DNA of 64,000 bases from positions 1-64,000 of the forward strand of contig NIVC01000497.1 of assembly GCA_002269645.1 (NCBI GenBank), in the 5' to 3' direction. Of the stretch, positions 20,936 to 34,500 are shown piece by piece. The DNA comes from Macrostomum lignano (Eukaryota). Every line of letters begins with the position of its first letter. The stretch's first letter is position 1. The translations under genes were made by a program, and so were the position numbers. The notes under the pieces are model-generated. The model saw nothing but the letters and a program-made list of their open reading frames with translations. It had not been told where the DNA came from and did not search any database.

Positions 20936-23211
20936 TTAACGCGTCGTAACGAACTGCACGCCGAAGTGAGAAAATTTATCGTTAGAGCTGGCCGCAGGCG
21001 GTTTTATCTCGCCTCGCTCAGTGGCCGCCACGTATTGGCCCGGCGTTATGGAGCTCTCCAACAGGAGGAAGTGCTCCATTTGATGCAGCTTGAACCGCGA
21101 CGATGGCGGGGGGCGGCTGTGGTCCTGCTGTTTTGGGGGTGGTCAGACGGGGTAGTCTAGTTTAACTTCTATGTACTGTTACTGGCACGTAATAATCATT
21201 AAACTCATTAGGGGACTCATCAAACTGATTAGGGCTATCATTACACTGAAGGAATCATTAAACTGATTAGGGGAATTATCAAAATGATTAGGGGAATAAT
21301 TAAACTGATTGGGGAATCATTAAACTGATTAGGGAAATTATTAAATTGATTAGGGGAATCAATAAACTGATTGGGGAATCATTAAATTGATTAGGGGAAT
21401 CATTAAACTGATTAGACTTACAACATTCATAGCCACAACGAGATTGCCGCCTTCAATAGCCAAGAAGTTGTTATAATTGGACAGATGAAACCAGCTGCCT
21501 ATCTTAGTGACCAGCCATTTGTTATTGAACACATGCGGCGAGTCCTGGCAAGCAGCGTCAAGCATCAGTCTGCCGTCGGGGCCCTGCACGATCTCTAGGC
21601 TGCGGCCGCTCATGCGAGAGATCAGGATTATCGTGGTGCCTGGAGAGCGAGCGGGTTTCGGATGGTCAGATCCCAGGTTCCCGATACTTTGTAGGGGGTT
21701 GGAGGGCGATTCTTGAGGGGGGTTGGAGGGCGATTCTTGAGGGGAGGGGGTTGGAGGGCGATTCTTGAGGGAGGGTTGGAGGGCGATTCTTGAGGGAGGG
21801 TTGGAGGGCGATTCTGGAGAGGGGGGGTTGGAGGGCGATTCTTGAAAGGGGGGGTTGGAGGGCGATTCTTGAAAGGGGGGGTTGGAGGGCGATTCTTGAA
21901 AGGGGGGTTGGAGGGCGATTCTTGAAAGGGGGTTGGAGGGCGATTCTTGAAAGGGGGGTTGGAGGGCGGTTTTTGAGGGGGGGGGGTCTTGAGAGGGGTT
22001 GGAGGGCGATTCTTGAAAGGGGGGGTTGGAGGGCGATTCTTGAAAGGGGGGTTGGAGGGCGATTCTTGAAAGGGAGGGTTGGAGGGCGATTCTTGAAAGG
22101 GGGATTGGAGGGCGGTTTTTGAGGGGGGGGGGGGTCTTGAGAGGGGTTGGAGGGCGATTTTTGAGGGGGGTCTTGAGAGGGGTTGGAGGGCGATTCTTGA
22201 AAGGGGGGGTTGGAGGGCGATTCTTGAAAGGGGGGTTGGAGGGCGATTCTTGAAAGGGAGGGTTGGAGGGCGATTCTTGAAAGGGGGGTTGGAGGGCGGT
22301 TTTTGAGGGGGGGGGTCTTGAGAGGGGTTGGAGGGCGATTCTTGAAAGGGAGGGTTGGAGGGCGATTCTTGAAAGGGGGGTTGGAGGGCGGTTTTTGAGG
22401 GGGGGTCTTGAGAGGGGTTGGAGGGCGATTCTTGAAAGGGGGGTTGGAGGGCGATTTTTGAGGGGGGTCTTGAGAGGGGTTGGAGGGCGATTCTTGAAAG
22501 GGGGGTTGGAGGGCGGTTTTTGAGGGGGGGTCTTGAGAGGGGTTGGAGGGCGATTCTTGAAAGGGAGGGTTGGAGGGCGATTCTTGAGGAAGGGTTGGAG
22601 GGCGATTCTTGAAAGGGGGGGGGTTGGAGGGCGATTCTTAAAAGGGGGGGGGGTTGGAGGGCGGTTTTTGAGGGGGGGTCTTGAGGGGGGTTGGAGGGCG
22701 ATTTATAATGAAGAAATGGGTTAATTTGCTTAAGAGGGATTAGCTTTTATTCTCTCGGGGAGTGAGAAGACACAATTCAATAAACATTTAAAAGTAGATT
22801 TGAGTTTAACGATTGCGATTTCAAGGGTCTACCTAAGATACAGTTTGAAACAAGTTTTTCAGTTGCAAAGCAGAGCTGTATCAATCATTACGTACCAGAC
22901 ACCAACTGTGACACAATATCCCCGTGAACGCTCCGACTATAGACGCTGCTAGCCTCAGTGGCAATGGAATTGAATCCTTTAGCCACGTCGCGCCCAATGC
23001 TACTAAGCGAGCCGAACAATCCGTGGCTGGTTTTGGGTTTTGGCTGCGGCTTGCTTCCATGCTGCTGCTGTTGCTGGGGCTGCGGCTGATAATAAGGCGC
23101 CGCAGGTGGAGGGGCACCACCGCCATAAGCTGGGGGAGGCGGCCCGTAGCCGGGCGGAGGAGCAGATGGTTCGCCACCCTTGTCATAGCTTGGATACGGA
23201 GGCGTGGCCAT
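20936..23211 (-). CDS. Uncharacterised protein with a Pro/Tyr/Gln-rich N-terminus and a predicted all-beta (beta-trefoil-like) C-terminal domain; exons 22896-23211, 21422-21639, 20936-21127
   Basis: Phase-consistent GT-AG junctions give MATPPYPSYDK...QLVSGTTIILISRMSGRSLEIVQGPDG...RFKLHQMEHFLLLESSITPGQYV...HFGVQFVTTR*. The fold is an inference. Confidence 0.7.
21190..21415. repeat. ~21-bp repeat (GGGGAATCATTAAACTGATTA)n
   Basis: About 10 imperfect copies in an intron. Confidence 0.85.
21695..22705. repeat. G-rich ~27-bp minisatellite (GGGGGTTGGAGGGCGATTCTTGAAA)n
   Basis: Direct observation. Confidence 0.95.
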
Positions 23212-23639
23212 GATGTCTTTAATTTAATAAATCAAAGTTAGAACTTGAAGCATGAAGTAGTGAAATCACGGTTGCTTTTTCAACATGAAATTTTCAGCAT
23301 TGTGAAATGGCAGATTTTTTTGTCTAATGCCCCTTGACACTAGTGTACAATTGTTGCATCTATGTAGGAGAAACTTAAGGGACATGAAACTTCAAGCTGC
23401 ATACATATTGACACTGTCTACAGAAAACTTTATTAAAATTAAATATTCTAAACAATAGAAACTAATATACTTTAAATATGACAAGAAATTCCAAATAGTG
23501 AATATTGTCTTATGCACAAATAATGTGACTACCAGGTGCGCACATTGAAATGTTACACCATTTTTCGCTTTTGTTTTTTGTTTTCATTTTCATGGGCTAT
23601 AAATACAGGCAGGAGTGACATTAGAGAGCCTAAAGTTTG

Positions 23640-24890
23640 TATACAAAATTTGATTCCATTTGCCTTTGAACGAGGAGATTTGCAAAAAGATAGTCAAAAA
23701 GCTTTGCATGGATGAGAAGCTATCGTAAATTGCAAGATGGCTTGGTGTCTCAAGAATGCAAGTCTACTGAACCAAAAAGCTCCTTAACAAGACTGGGGGG
23801 GGGGGGGGCACAAAAGCTTGGCATGGATGAGAAGCTAGCGTCAATTGTAAGATGGCTTGGTGTCTCAAGAATGCAAGTCTACTGAACCAAAAAGCTCCTT
23901 AACAAGACTGGGGGGGGGGGGGGGCACAAAAGCTTGGCATGGATGAGAAGCTAGCGTCAATTGTAAGATGGCTTGGTGTCTCAAGAATGCAAGTCTACTG
24001 AACCAAAAAGCTCCTTAACAAGACTGGGGGGGGGGGGGGGGGGGGGCACAAAAGCTTGGCATGGTGATAGGTGCTCCAGCACATCTTGCACTGCTGCCAC
24101 AATTTGAGCCATAAAACAATGGATTTGTCAAAATCCCAGGAGGAGCATCTGGCAGCTGGCATATGACTTCAGCATGGCTGACTCCACAATGAGGAACCTC
24201 ATCAAAGATGACCTACGCATGCACAGCAGGGCTTTGTTGCCTAGCACAGTGTGTCTACTAACTAGAAGCGCTGTTGTGTAGAGAGGGCCAGAGGTCTGCT
24301 GAACTAGCTGAAGTCCCATGGTCAACTTGTGCACATCTTCTTGGATGAGAAGCTTTTCACCATCAATGCTGTTGTCAACAGGCAAAATGATTGCTGCATC
24401 ATCTCTAGGCCAGTGTCTGAGATCCTAAGCAATGTTCAGGTGATTAAACACTGCAAGCACTTTGCCTCAGTGATGGTTCTAGTCATCATCACATCTGATT
24501 GCCAAAAGTGCCTACTCTGCAATGTACCAGGAGCTGCTGAGGACACAAGTCTTGCCCTGGTTGCAGCAGAGGTATCTAGGAGCTGACTACCTATTTTAGC
24601 AAGATGATGTTTCAGCTCATACAGCAAGGACAATGCAAGCATTTTTGGTAAGCAAATTTAGCAATTTCTAGGACAAGGATATCTGGCCTTCTTCTTTGTT
24701 TGATTTGAACCCTTTAGACTTCTATTTCTAGATGCATGTGGAGAAAGAGCCCTACTGAGTTCAACACAAAAGTGTGGCAAATCTGTGTGCTGCCATCTGC
24801 AAGGCATAGAAAATCTAAACCAGGAGGTTCTAGATTTTTTGGGAGCATCTTCAGAAAGTCATGAAAGCTGGCAGAGGATTTATAGAATAA
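23640..24890 (+). mobile_element. Decayed Tc1/mariner-superfamily (maT/DD37D-like) transposase with a triplicated ~118-bp segment (23700-24060)
   Basis: Remnant motifs IFLDEKLFTI..NRQND, HFASVMV, QDDVSAHTARTMQAFL, DIWPSSLFDLNPLDF; several stops; ends not defined. Confidence 0.8.
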
Positions 24891-25020
24891 CTTTTTAATA
24901 TATATAATAGACTAATATAGAGTACATTTAAATGTAATTGCAAGAAGTCATTTGGTCACTATGCATAAAAATATATTTTTTCTAAAATTGTAACATTCCA
25001 TACAAATAGACAGAACAAAG

Positions 25021-25400
25021 GGGGCCGTAGCCCAGCGGTAGCGCAGCTGCTCTGGTGTGCCAGCGACCCAGGCTCGATTCCAAGTGCAGTCACATTAATT
25101 TGGGGCTGAATTGGAATCTTGGCTTGGCTCTGCTTGTGCAATTAACGGCCTTGAGGGCCAACCCCCTAAGGCGCAATGAAGTATACATGCCTAACGATTA
25201 TATAAAATTAAGGCTGCTGTACACTCCTGTGTGAATGTATGCCTGCGTACATATCCGCGCGCTTGTGTGCCTGCTCAGGGAAGTCGGCGGAATAGGCAGT
25301 AATGCCTCTTGCCGGTTGTGTGTTGATATTGCTTAAAGTGCGCCAGGATGCACACAACCCCCTGCCTCTAATAAAAAATAGGTATAGAACTCCAATCAAT
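25021..25400 (+). mobile_element. tRNA-derived SINE
   Basis: GGGGCCGTAGCCCAGCGGTAG (A box) ... GGCTCGATTCC (B box) followed by a non-tRNA body and an A-rich end. Confidence 0.6.
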
Positions 25401-26944
25401 CAAATGTTTCTATTTCTACCCTTAATACCCTATTTAAACCTTGCATATATGATATATGCTTATAACTATATATTATATAAAATTCATTTCCTTATGGCCT
25501 ACTTGCCTATTAATTATGTTTTGCTAGGCCTAATGTAATTCACTTTATTAGTACTAAGTATAACAAACATTTTTAAATATAAGTGCTTACTACCTTTAAG
25601 TTTCTTACTTACAATTTGTAAATATACTAAAATTCATTTTACTACTAGGGCCTATATTGTTAAATTAATCAACTTTAATAGAATATACCACTAATTTAGG
25701 ATTGCTATTTAAAATATTAATTTATTCAAAAATAAGGTACTATAAAAATAGTTAAAATATTTCATTCTTTTTTAACTAGGGGCCTAGCCTAAATATTTAT
25801 TATATACATTTTATTTAGGTTTTACTTTTTTAATTTTTTATTCCCTTGATTTTATATTATAGTCTGCTTTAGAAAATTAGATATAGCAACTTTTCTAATA
25901 ATAGAACTTAGACTAGACCTAAGAGCTGACTAGAAACAAACAATAGCTAGAACTAGCCTGGTGATTTTCTATATAATTTAATTTATATACATTAGTCATT
26001 ACTAGTTCAAGCCTAAACCTAGATCCTATCCTAGTCTTCTAATACATTAAAAATAAAAATCATATATATGTGGCTTGTAGAGTAATCAATTCAGGGGCAC
26101 AGCTAAAGGGGGGACACTGATAGCATGTCCCCCCCTTTTTTATTTTTATTTTTTAAATAATCCCCCCCTGGAAGGAGGATATTTTTTATTGCCATGCTTC
26201 CATTGCTTCTCTTGGATAGGCCTAGGCCTATGGATTTATGCCTTTGTTCTCCCTGGCATAAATCCTGGGCCTGGCTATGCACCTTAATCAATTATCTTGT
26301 AAATGGGCCAGATTGGGTCAGAATGGGTCAGAAGCTGCATAAGCATAGGTCAGATCAGATGTAGGCCTAGCCCTAGTTTATTCAAAAACATAGATTTTCA
26401 TTTCTTTTAGTTTTTGGCTCCCCAACAGAGGGCATTGATTGCTAGTTTTCTGACTATAGTATAAACATAACTAAACACTATTACTAATACATAGCCTAAA
26501 TTTCCAGGCTCTTTAACTAACTATAGTCTCTAGCCTACTATGCTACTACTACAAGCTACTAGCCTTAGCCTAGGAAAATTGCCATTGTCTATTTATTTAT
26601 TGGACAGTCCCAGACTCTGGAACAAGAAAAGTTGTGGCATGCTGCATACTAACATTAACAAAATAGTAAAAAACTACAATTATGTAATTTGACAATGGTC
26701 TCTACTATCAGTTCAAGTTTGGTAAGGATAAAATGAAACTGAAAACGACTGGCGAATAGAGCCAAACTGCCTGCCTGACCTAATTAATTAAAGTGAATTT
26801 TTAATTAGTAGTAGTGGTAAGTAAGTTGGCTCAGGCAGGAAGCCTGTTTGGCCAGTATACGTCAGTGTATTTAATAAAAATTCAAAAGTAGAAGGAAAAC
26901 TATGCGCATAGTGTATAGTAAGAGCGAGTAGAGACATATCCATT

Positions 26945-27989
26945 GGGTCTCCCTAAAACACGCACCGCACCGCCCCGAACCGCTACACATTATAACATTT
27001 TTTGTCAATGCAGTATACGATTGCAAGAAAAACTATTTGTTGTAAGAGTAATGGAATAAATATCTATAATTATTATTTTAAACATAATTTTTTTTTTATA
27101 TTCTCGTTTTCATTATTAAATTAAATTATTAGGGTGCGTTCGAGTGACTTAAAATGACTTAAACTGCCATTTTAACGTCCTTAGTAAAACAAATGTTAAG
27201 CAGACTAAATGTAAAAATAATCTAGGTAAATGATAGTCAAATTACAATTAAGAATTAATTCAATTTCTAAAACCGGTCTAAGATTAAAAAAACGTCGCCT
27301 ATACTTCTTCCAACTCAACCTGAACGCCTAGGCACCGTTTTAACTTCGCTCGCAATTACCACATTTAAATCGTAATTGAATATTTTGTATTCTTCACCTT
27401 TGTTCTATCATTTGCTTTCACGTCTTTTTGCTCAGTTCGCTGCCCGTCATTATAGTCTTTGAATAATTGCTTAAATATTGTTTATTTATTGAACTGAGCA
27501 AAAAGACGTGAAAGCAAATGATAGAACAAAGGTGAAGAATACAAAATATTCAATTACGATTAAATGTGGTAATTGCGAGCGAAGTTAAAACGGTGCCTAG
27601 GCGTTCAGGTTGAGTTGGAAGAAGTATAGGCGACGTTTTTTTAATCTTAGACCGGTTTTAGAAATTGAATTAATTCTTAATTGTAATTTGACTATCATTT
27701 ACCTAGATTATTTTTACATTTAGTCTGCTTAACATTTGTTTTACTAAGGACGTTAAAATGGCAGTTTAAGTCATTTTAAGTCACTCGAACACACCCTTAT
27801 TATTTTTTAATATTATTATTAATATCACTTCTTACTCACCGAATTTTTTATTTCAAAGTAAAAAAACTAAATTTAATAAAAACTTTGAAGCTTAACAGAA
27901 AACGCATTTTGAACTGTCTTCAGTTATAGTCCAATTTGTTTTAATGTGTAGCACTGCAGGGCGGTGCGGGGCGTCTTTTAGGGAGACCC
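26945..27989. mobile_element. Non-autonomous TIR element with an 8-bp TSD (TATCCATT)
   Basis: TIR GGGTCTCCCTAAAA...TTTTAGGGAGACCC with inner CGCACCGCCC/GGGCGGTGCG; TSD at 26937-26944 and 27990-27997. Confidence 0.85.
27132..27796. mobile_element. PIF/Harbinger-type fold-back MITE (~310-bp arms, short spacer) nested in the previous element
   Basis: GGG...CCC termini, TTA TSD at 27129-27131 and 27797-27799, near-perfect inverted arms. Confidence 0.88.
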
Positions 27990-30900
27990 TATCCATTTTA
28001 AATAATCACTTGTAAAACACGTTTAAACAATATGTTTTAAAAAAGGGACTCCTCAGATGTTATCCCATGTAAGTATTAATTATACTGATTTTATTTTTTT
28101 ATTTATTATTTATTTTTTTAACATATAAGAGCAGTGTGAATCGAACAATCACAGGCCTGGTTGCCAAATCCGTGTGACACCATTTCATATATTTCTTCTA
28201 TAAGGTTTGCTTAGTCAGATCTTCATATTCCATTTAGTCATGTTGTATGACGAAGTGACCAGGAGCAAGGTAACCTTTTTATTTAAATGCATGGTAAAAG
28301 GTGAATAAAAATTCATCTTTGCTTGGTGGTTGGAACCACTTTTGACCGTTGCTGGGTATATTGCAAGTCGTACTTTGAACTACATGCTTCAATCATAATT
28401 AAATAAGTGTGCAATTTATAAATTATTTTTTTCTCTCCTGGCTTCCTGGGGTCAGCCAGGCCGTGGCAAGCATGTGTACGAAGAGTGTATCGCATTGAAT
28501 GGGAAAAGCTGACGTATGTATGGGAAAAGGAGAATAAAGTTTGAAGTGCATTTTTCGTTGGTTTGTCTCGCATTTTTGTCTGCCTACCGAGGTATGACTT
28601 ACAGTAAATTTACTAAAAGTTTTCACTCGTTATAAGCGCTTATGACTTTTCCTAGTTACTCTTTATTCAATGTGCATGATAAGGAAGGAATTACCTAAGC
28701 CAACATATTTTTTCAGGAATCGGTGGCATCAGCGCTTTTTCCCTCAGGGAGTCTAACTCCTATGGCATTTAAATTCTCTAAAGAGTTGAAATTGAGTCAT
28801 TATTTTTACTTACTGGATAAGGCCGATTGATTAAAGCTGTATATGTTTTATTTATTCTTGAGCTTACAAGCACGTCGGCGCGGCCAAATGTTTCCAAATA
28901 AGAAGTTACAAAAAGCGCTGTATTTTTAACGAAACAGCGCATAATTATTTATTAAAATGATTTCAGACTAATTCGGTGTCAAAAAGTTCAGGGTTAGGTT
29001 CGGGGTCGCGTCGGGTTTTGGTACCAGGGTTCGGGCTTCAAAAAATGTTTGGGTCGGGGTTCGGGGTATCCGGGTACCGGGAAAAAATTACCGAAAAATT
29101 TGCCTCCCGAACACCCACAAAGACACCCTGATGACGAAGTGGTAATGACGAAATTACATATGCAATTGTAGGAACAGCCTTTGCATATCATTTGTACATG
29201 TACATTTATTTACATGTGCGATTGACCAATCAAGGACTTTACTTAAGTAGATATATATATACTTTAGTCGTCCTTGCGTACCATGTACACAAGTACGCAT
29301 GTATCTAGCACGTCATGCTATTGCAATTCTGCGTCAATTTAAATCGTGTATGTCGTGCTAATACAACTACGGCGGTGTTACAGCTAGCTAGACCGCGGTG
29401 CTTTATTACGTAAAATAACAATTTAGAGACTGGGACGCATCCGAGACAGCTATCACGCCACGACGCCTCCTGATTTGATTCCGTGTGTGCGGCCACTTTT
29501 TGTGAAGCTTTATTTGCGCACCTAAATTATTGACCAGGGAGTTGCAGCTGCGATCGAATTGACTGCAAGGACCATCCTTACCACTTCTGCCCCTCAAGCC
29601 TCTGCACTGCTCTGGGAAAACCCGCTGACTGTAGAACAGCCATAGACATCTGCGTCTGCCCACAAGCAGCCACAGAAAGACTCTGAGGGCCGTATGCAGA
29701 AAGCCTAGTCCCGACCACAGATTCTGTGGGGGGGGGGGGGCGAAGTCTCGCGAGCGAGGGATTCCAACCATAGACAGTGAGAATTTGGCCTCCACTGAAG
29801 GAATGGAGAGTGAGCCATCTAGTGTTTATAGAATCTGTGGTCCAGACTAGCTTTTCAAGACCGGACTACCCTAGACAGAGCTTTCTTCATACGGCCCTAA
29901 GACTCACTCTTGAAAAACCCGATAGCTGCAGAGTATAGCCACAGATTCAACCTAATGAGCTTAAGCGTGTAAAAAAATGCTGTTTCTTTGATGGCTGCTC
30001 TGCAGCCACAGTAGCCACAGTGGGTTTTCTCAGAGTGAGTGGCAAGGGTGCCGCTTGTGCTGCAGGCCACAGACAGCTGCGGCTGTGGGCATTCAGCGGG
30101 TTTGAAGGTGTTAATTGGTTGTGCGATTTACATGTACATGTACACTCAATGATTGAGCCAACCCCATTATGAGGCACTGAGAGTCGCCACATGCCTGTTA
30201 ATTAGAAAGTCAGGCCGGGCCGCGCTGTACAAATGCATTAAGTACATGTAAGCTACAGTAACCACGCCCATGCATGTCGTCAAGTCAAGGACCACTAAAA
30301 GTACGGAAGAGACAGTACAATGGTAACTTCTACTAGTTGTCCTTTGGTCGTCATAGTCAGCTGAATTTATCCAGATTTGCTTCACTCTGGCTGCATGGTG
30401 GGACGATGTCGCGCCGACGTCAAATTGCGCCAGCTGGGCCGGCACTGCCTACAACAGCTGTATTATAGTAATCTTCCTGTAATTAATGATTTTTTATTAC
30501 TCACAACTCATCTCAGTGACTAATTTCACACCCGCCTCTACAGCTACTTGTTTGCGGCGGTTTTTAGGACCATCTGCACGACTGTACTGCATGCTGCAGG
30601 CTCACTAATGAAAATACTATACGTAAGGAAATGACTATAAGTATTCCTACTCCTGGCGATTCATATGTCACTTTTCTTAGGTAATCTGATAGATAAGATG
30701 TAAAATTATGGCCAGCGCCCTTCCTTCTGTGTCGATCAGGGTGATCGACTTATCAATGTGTTTGGTAGTTACGGACATCGATAAATTTCTTAGGTGGACC
30801 CCTGTCTCTCAGGTACACTTAGGCGCCCCCTTTCACTCCGGGTAGGCGTCCTTGTCTATTGGGCGCCCCCTGTCACTTAGCTAGGCGCCCCCTGTCACTC

Positions 30901-31597
30901 ATGTAGGTGCCCCTGTCACTCCATGTAGGTGCCTCTGTCACTCCAGGTAGGCGCTCCTGTCTCTCAGTTTTGTGAGTTGAACTGCTTCTTAGACTCTTAT
31001 TAGATTGCAGTGATATTGCAGATTCTAACGGCTTTGACTTATACGCGCCCTGCATCGCATAATTAAACTGCTGTCAATATAAGCTTTCGCAAAGCTTCTG
31101 CACACAGCCGGTCTATTGCACTATTCTGAATGCACATTTATTGTTAAGCATCATATAATAGGTTAGTATCGGCTGCCATTCATGAACTCCATTTACTGCT
31201 CAAACTCCAAATCTAATAGTTCAATTCACTCTGTCACACGATCAGTTATTCATCTGCTAAGGCTAATTTGCTGATGGTTGCCCAAACACAGTGATTGGTG
31301 AGGCCGCAGCACTAGAAACTAGAGAGTGCCAAGTCCGTTGCTATGGGCAACTGTCCGATTGTTTTGCTGCCAATACCAAGCAGTGTGCAATGGTATTTAT
31401 ATGACTTCCGTAAGTGAACCCGTGGGCAAACCAGCTGGCTCTCCTCCTAGCAGCTTTTCATAACTACATTGTGTGCCTCGCGCTGACTGATTTGACGAAG
31501 GAGACTCCGCTTTGGCAGAATTAACTACGAGCTACAAAAGCAATTGTTTGACAACCAACTCTGAGAGTCTCCACAGGACAGTCGATCGCGAAGCCCG

Positions 31598-34500
31598 ATG
31601 GAAACAGCTTCGATTCCATCGCCGCCTGGCGCTCCAGACTCAGCGGACCTGATGATGGACGGCCAGGCTCCGCAGAAGCCGAAGAGGTCGCTGCGCACCC
31701 TAGTGATAAACTGGGCTGAGAACACTGGCATGCACGGACTGCCTAACATCACGAGGAATCACAGTCCGGCGAAGAAGACGTTCTGGACGCTTCTGCTGCT
31801 AACTGGCCTGTGTGAGACTTATTCGCTTATCGTTTCGCGAGCGAGATAGCTCAGAGCGTTTGCACTCAACGACTTGAGTGGACACCCAGTGTCCTCTAGA
31901 AACTAAATGACAGCAGCTCAACTTTTCCTTTAAAATGCGACATCCACCGACCTAGAAAGTCATGTAGGTTAGGGGCGCTCACCAAAGGCGGGGGCGCCCA
32001 CCAAGAAAGAGGGGCGCTCACCAAAAGGCAGGGACGCCAACCAAAAAACAGTGGCGCCAGCCATGAGACAGTGGCGCCAGCCATGAGACAGGGGCGCCAG
32101 CCATGAGACAGGGGCGCCAGCCATGAGACAGGGGCGCCAGCCATGAGACAGTGGCGCCAGCCATGAGACAGAGGCGCCAGCCATGAGACAGGGGCGCCAG
32201 CCATGAGACAGGGGTGCCAGCCATGAGACAGGGGCGCCAGCCATGAGACAGGGGCGCCAGCCATGAGACAGTGGCGCCAGCCATGAGACAGAGGCGCCAG
32301 CCATGAGACAGGGGCGCCAGCCATGAGACAGGGGCGCCAGCCATGAGACAGTGGCGCCAGCCATGAGACAGAGGCGCCAGCCATGAGACAGGGGCGCCAG
32401 CCATGAGACAGGGGTGCCAGCCATGAGACAGGGGCGCCAGCCATGAGACAGGGGCGCCAGCCATGAGACAGTGGCGCCAGCCATGAGACAGAGGCGCCAG
32501 CCATGAGACAGGGGCGCCAGCCATGAGACAGGGGTGCCAGCCATGAGACAGGGGTGCCAGCCATGAGACAGGGGTGCCAGCCATGAGACAGGGGCGCCAG
32601 CCATGAGACAGGGGCACCAGCCATGAGACAGGGGTGCCAGCCATGTGGCCTACGGTCTTCTGACGTCACAGACCTGGCGTCACATCACTGATGACGTATG
32701 GGAATTACATGTACATTAAGACAGGGGACGCCACGATACAACATCGGCAATCCGCGAGAGGTGGCAAAAAAGCAGGGCATCCCTAACAGGGCCCAGGCCG
32801 CGGTTAAAAATACACTTTATCTGGCTAAACAATCAAGTTTGAACGGAACGCGTACTCATAGGCTGTAATTATAATTGATTGTTAACCTTTCCATAGCCCA
32901 CTTGGCAAACTTTTTCCTGCCTAAAACTGGTTAGCGGTGGCTTCCTGACGTCTGTGTGTGAACTGTGCTGCCTAATTCTGGAGAATTTGGGGATCTTTCA
33001 TCTGAATTAATTGCTAAATACAATAGTACTCTATCCACCGTTTATTATTGTGCTCAGTGTATCGAATTGACAATCAGAAGTCATCACGACATCACGGGCA
33101 GCTTTTAGCTAAATTGTCCATCGGTACGAACAAAACTGCCTTTCCAACGATAATGAGCAGTAATCGTAAGATTACTTTTTGATTAGACGAATTAAACGGG
33201 AGAATTCCTGACTGTGTTACACTGGTTGCAGCTAATCAATTCGTTAATTAGTAAAATCCTATGGGAAATTGTCGTAATAAGTCGAGCCCAAGGATCGACT
33301 ATCCCAAATAACTGGCTTTCTTAACCCAAGTGAGCTGACACTGCTTTGGCTCAGCTATAGATAAATAATTAAATTTGACAATCCATTCCATCAGACTAAT
33401 GATGTAATGATGTAAATGAGACAAAGTAATACGAGCTAGATATTATTATTTAGTTAACAATTCCACGATTACACAAACATTTCCAGTTTAGATTAAAACT
33501 AGCAATCTTCGCCCCCCCGTTGGGGGACATCTGGATAGAATCTCTGTTCTCTACAAGTAACAAAAAGACAGCCAAAAAAGCCTTCACAAAGACAACAGAC
33601 AAACTGCTCAAATAAAGTGTAATGCAAAAAGAAATCATCCCAAGATAGCAAGCATCCCCCAGATAGCAAGCATCCCCCAGATTGCAAGCATCCCCCAGAT
33701 AGCAATTCAAGCATCCCCCAGATAGCAAGCATCCCCAAAATAGTAAGCATCCACCAGACAATAAGTAGCTAGTGCAACAATTTCCTTAGCTCTATAGTGG
33801 CTCCTTTAAAATTGGCATGACGCTTACTTTTACGTTTGAAATTGTGTATCTTTTATGTTTGACATGGTGGCTCTTTAATGTTTGACATGGTGGCTCTTTA
33901 GTGTTTGACATGGTGGCTCTTTAATGTTAGACATGGTGGCTCTTTAGTGTTAGACATGGAGTCACATATGTTGGACATGGTGGCTCTTTAATGTTGGACA
34001 TGGTGGCTCTTTATTGTTCGACATGGTGGCTCTTTAATGTTCGACATGGTGGCTCTTTAATGTTCGACATGGCGGCTCTTTAATGTTTGACATGATGGCT
34101 CTTTTATGTTTGACATGATGGCTCTTTAATGTTTGAAATGGTGGCTCTTTAATGTTAGACATGGTGGCTCTTTAATGTTCGACATGGTGGCTCTTTAATG
34201 TTAGACATGATGGCTCTTTAATGTTAGACATGGTGGCTCTTTAATGTTTGACATGGTGGCTCTTTAGTGTTTGACATGGTGGCTCTTTAATGTTAGACAT
34301 GGTGGCTCTTTAGTGTTAGACATGGAGTCACATATGTTGGACATGGTGGCTCTTTAATGTTGGACATGGTGGCTCTTTATTGTTCGACATGGTGGCTCTT
34401 TAATGTTAGACATGGTGGCTCTTTAATGTTCGACATGGCGGCTCTTTAATGTTTGACATGGTGGCTCTTTTATGTTTGACATGATGGCTCTTTAATGTTT

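Noticed and set aside
25021-25095. tRNA gene
   Set aside because: A and B boxes are present, but the acceptor and anticodon stems do not close by eye and the sequence continues into a SINE-like body; the same applies to 47255-47330.
28985-29100. hAT terminus suggested by TTCGGG subterminal repeats
   Set aside because: No partner TIR or TSD found.
29128-29153. Hammerhead ribozyme core (CTGATGA...GAAA)
   Set aside because: Stem II closing bases are C/C and no stems I or III could be formed; the CTGATGA at ~32687 lacks GAAA.
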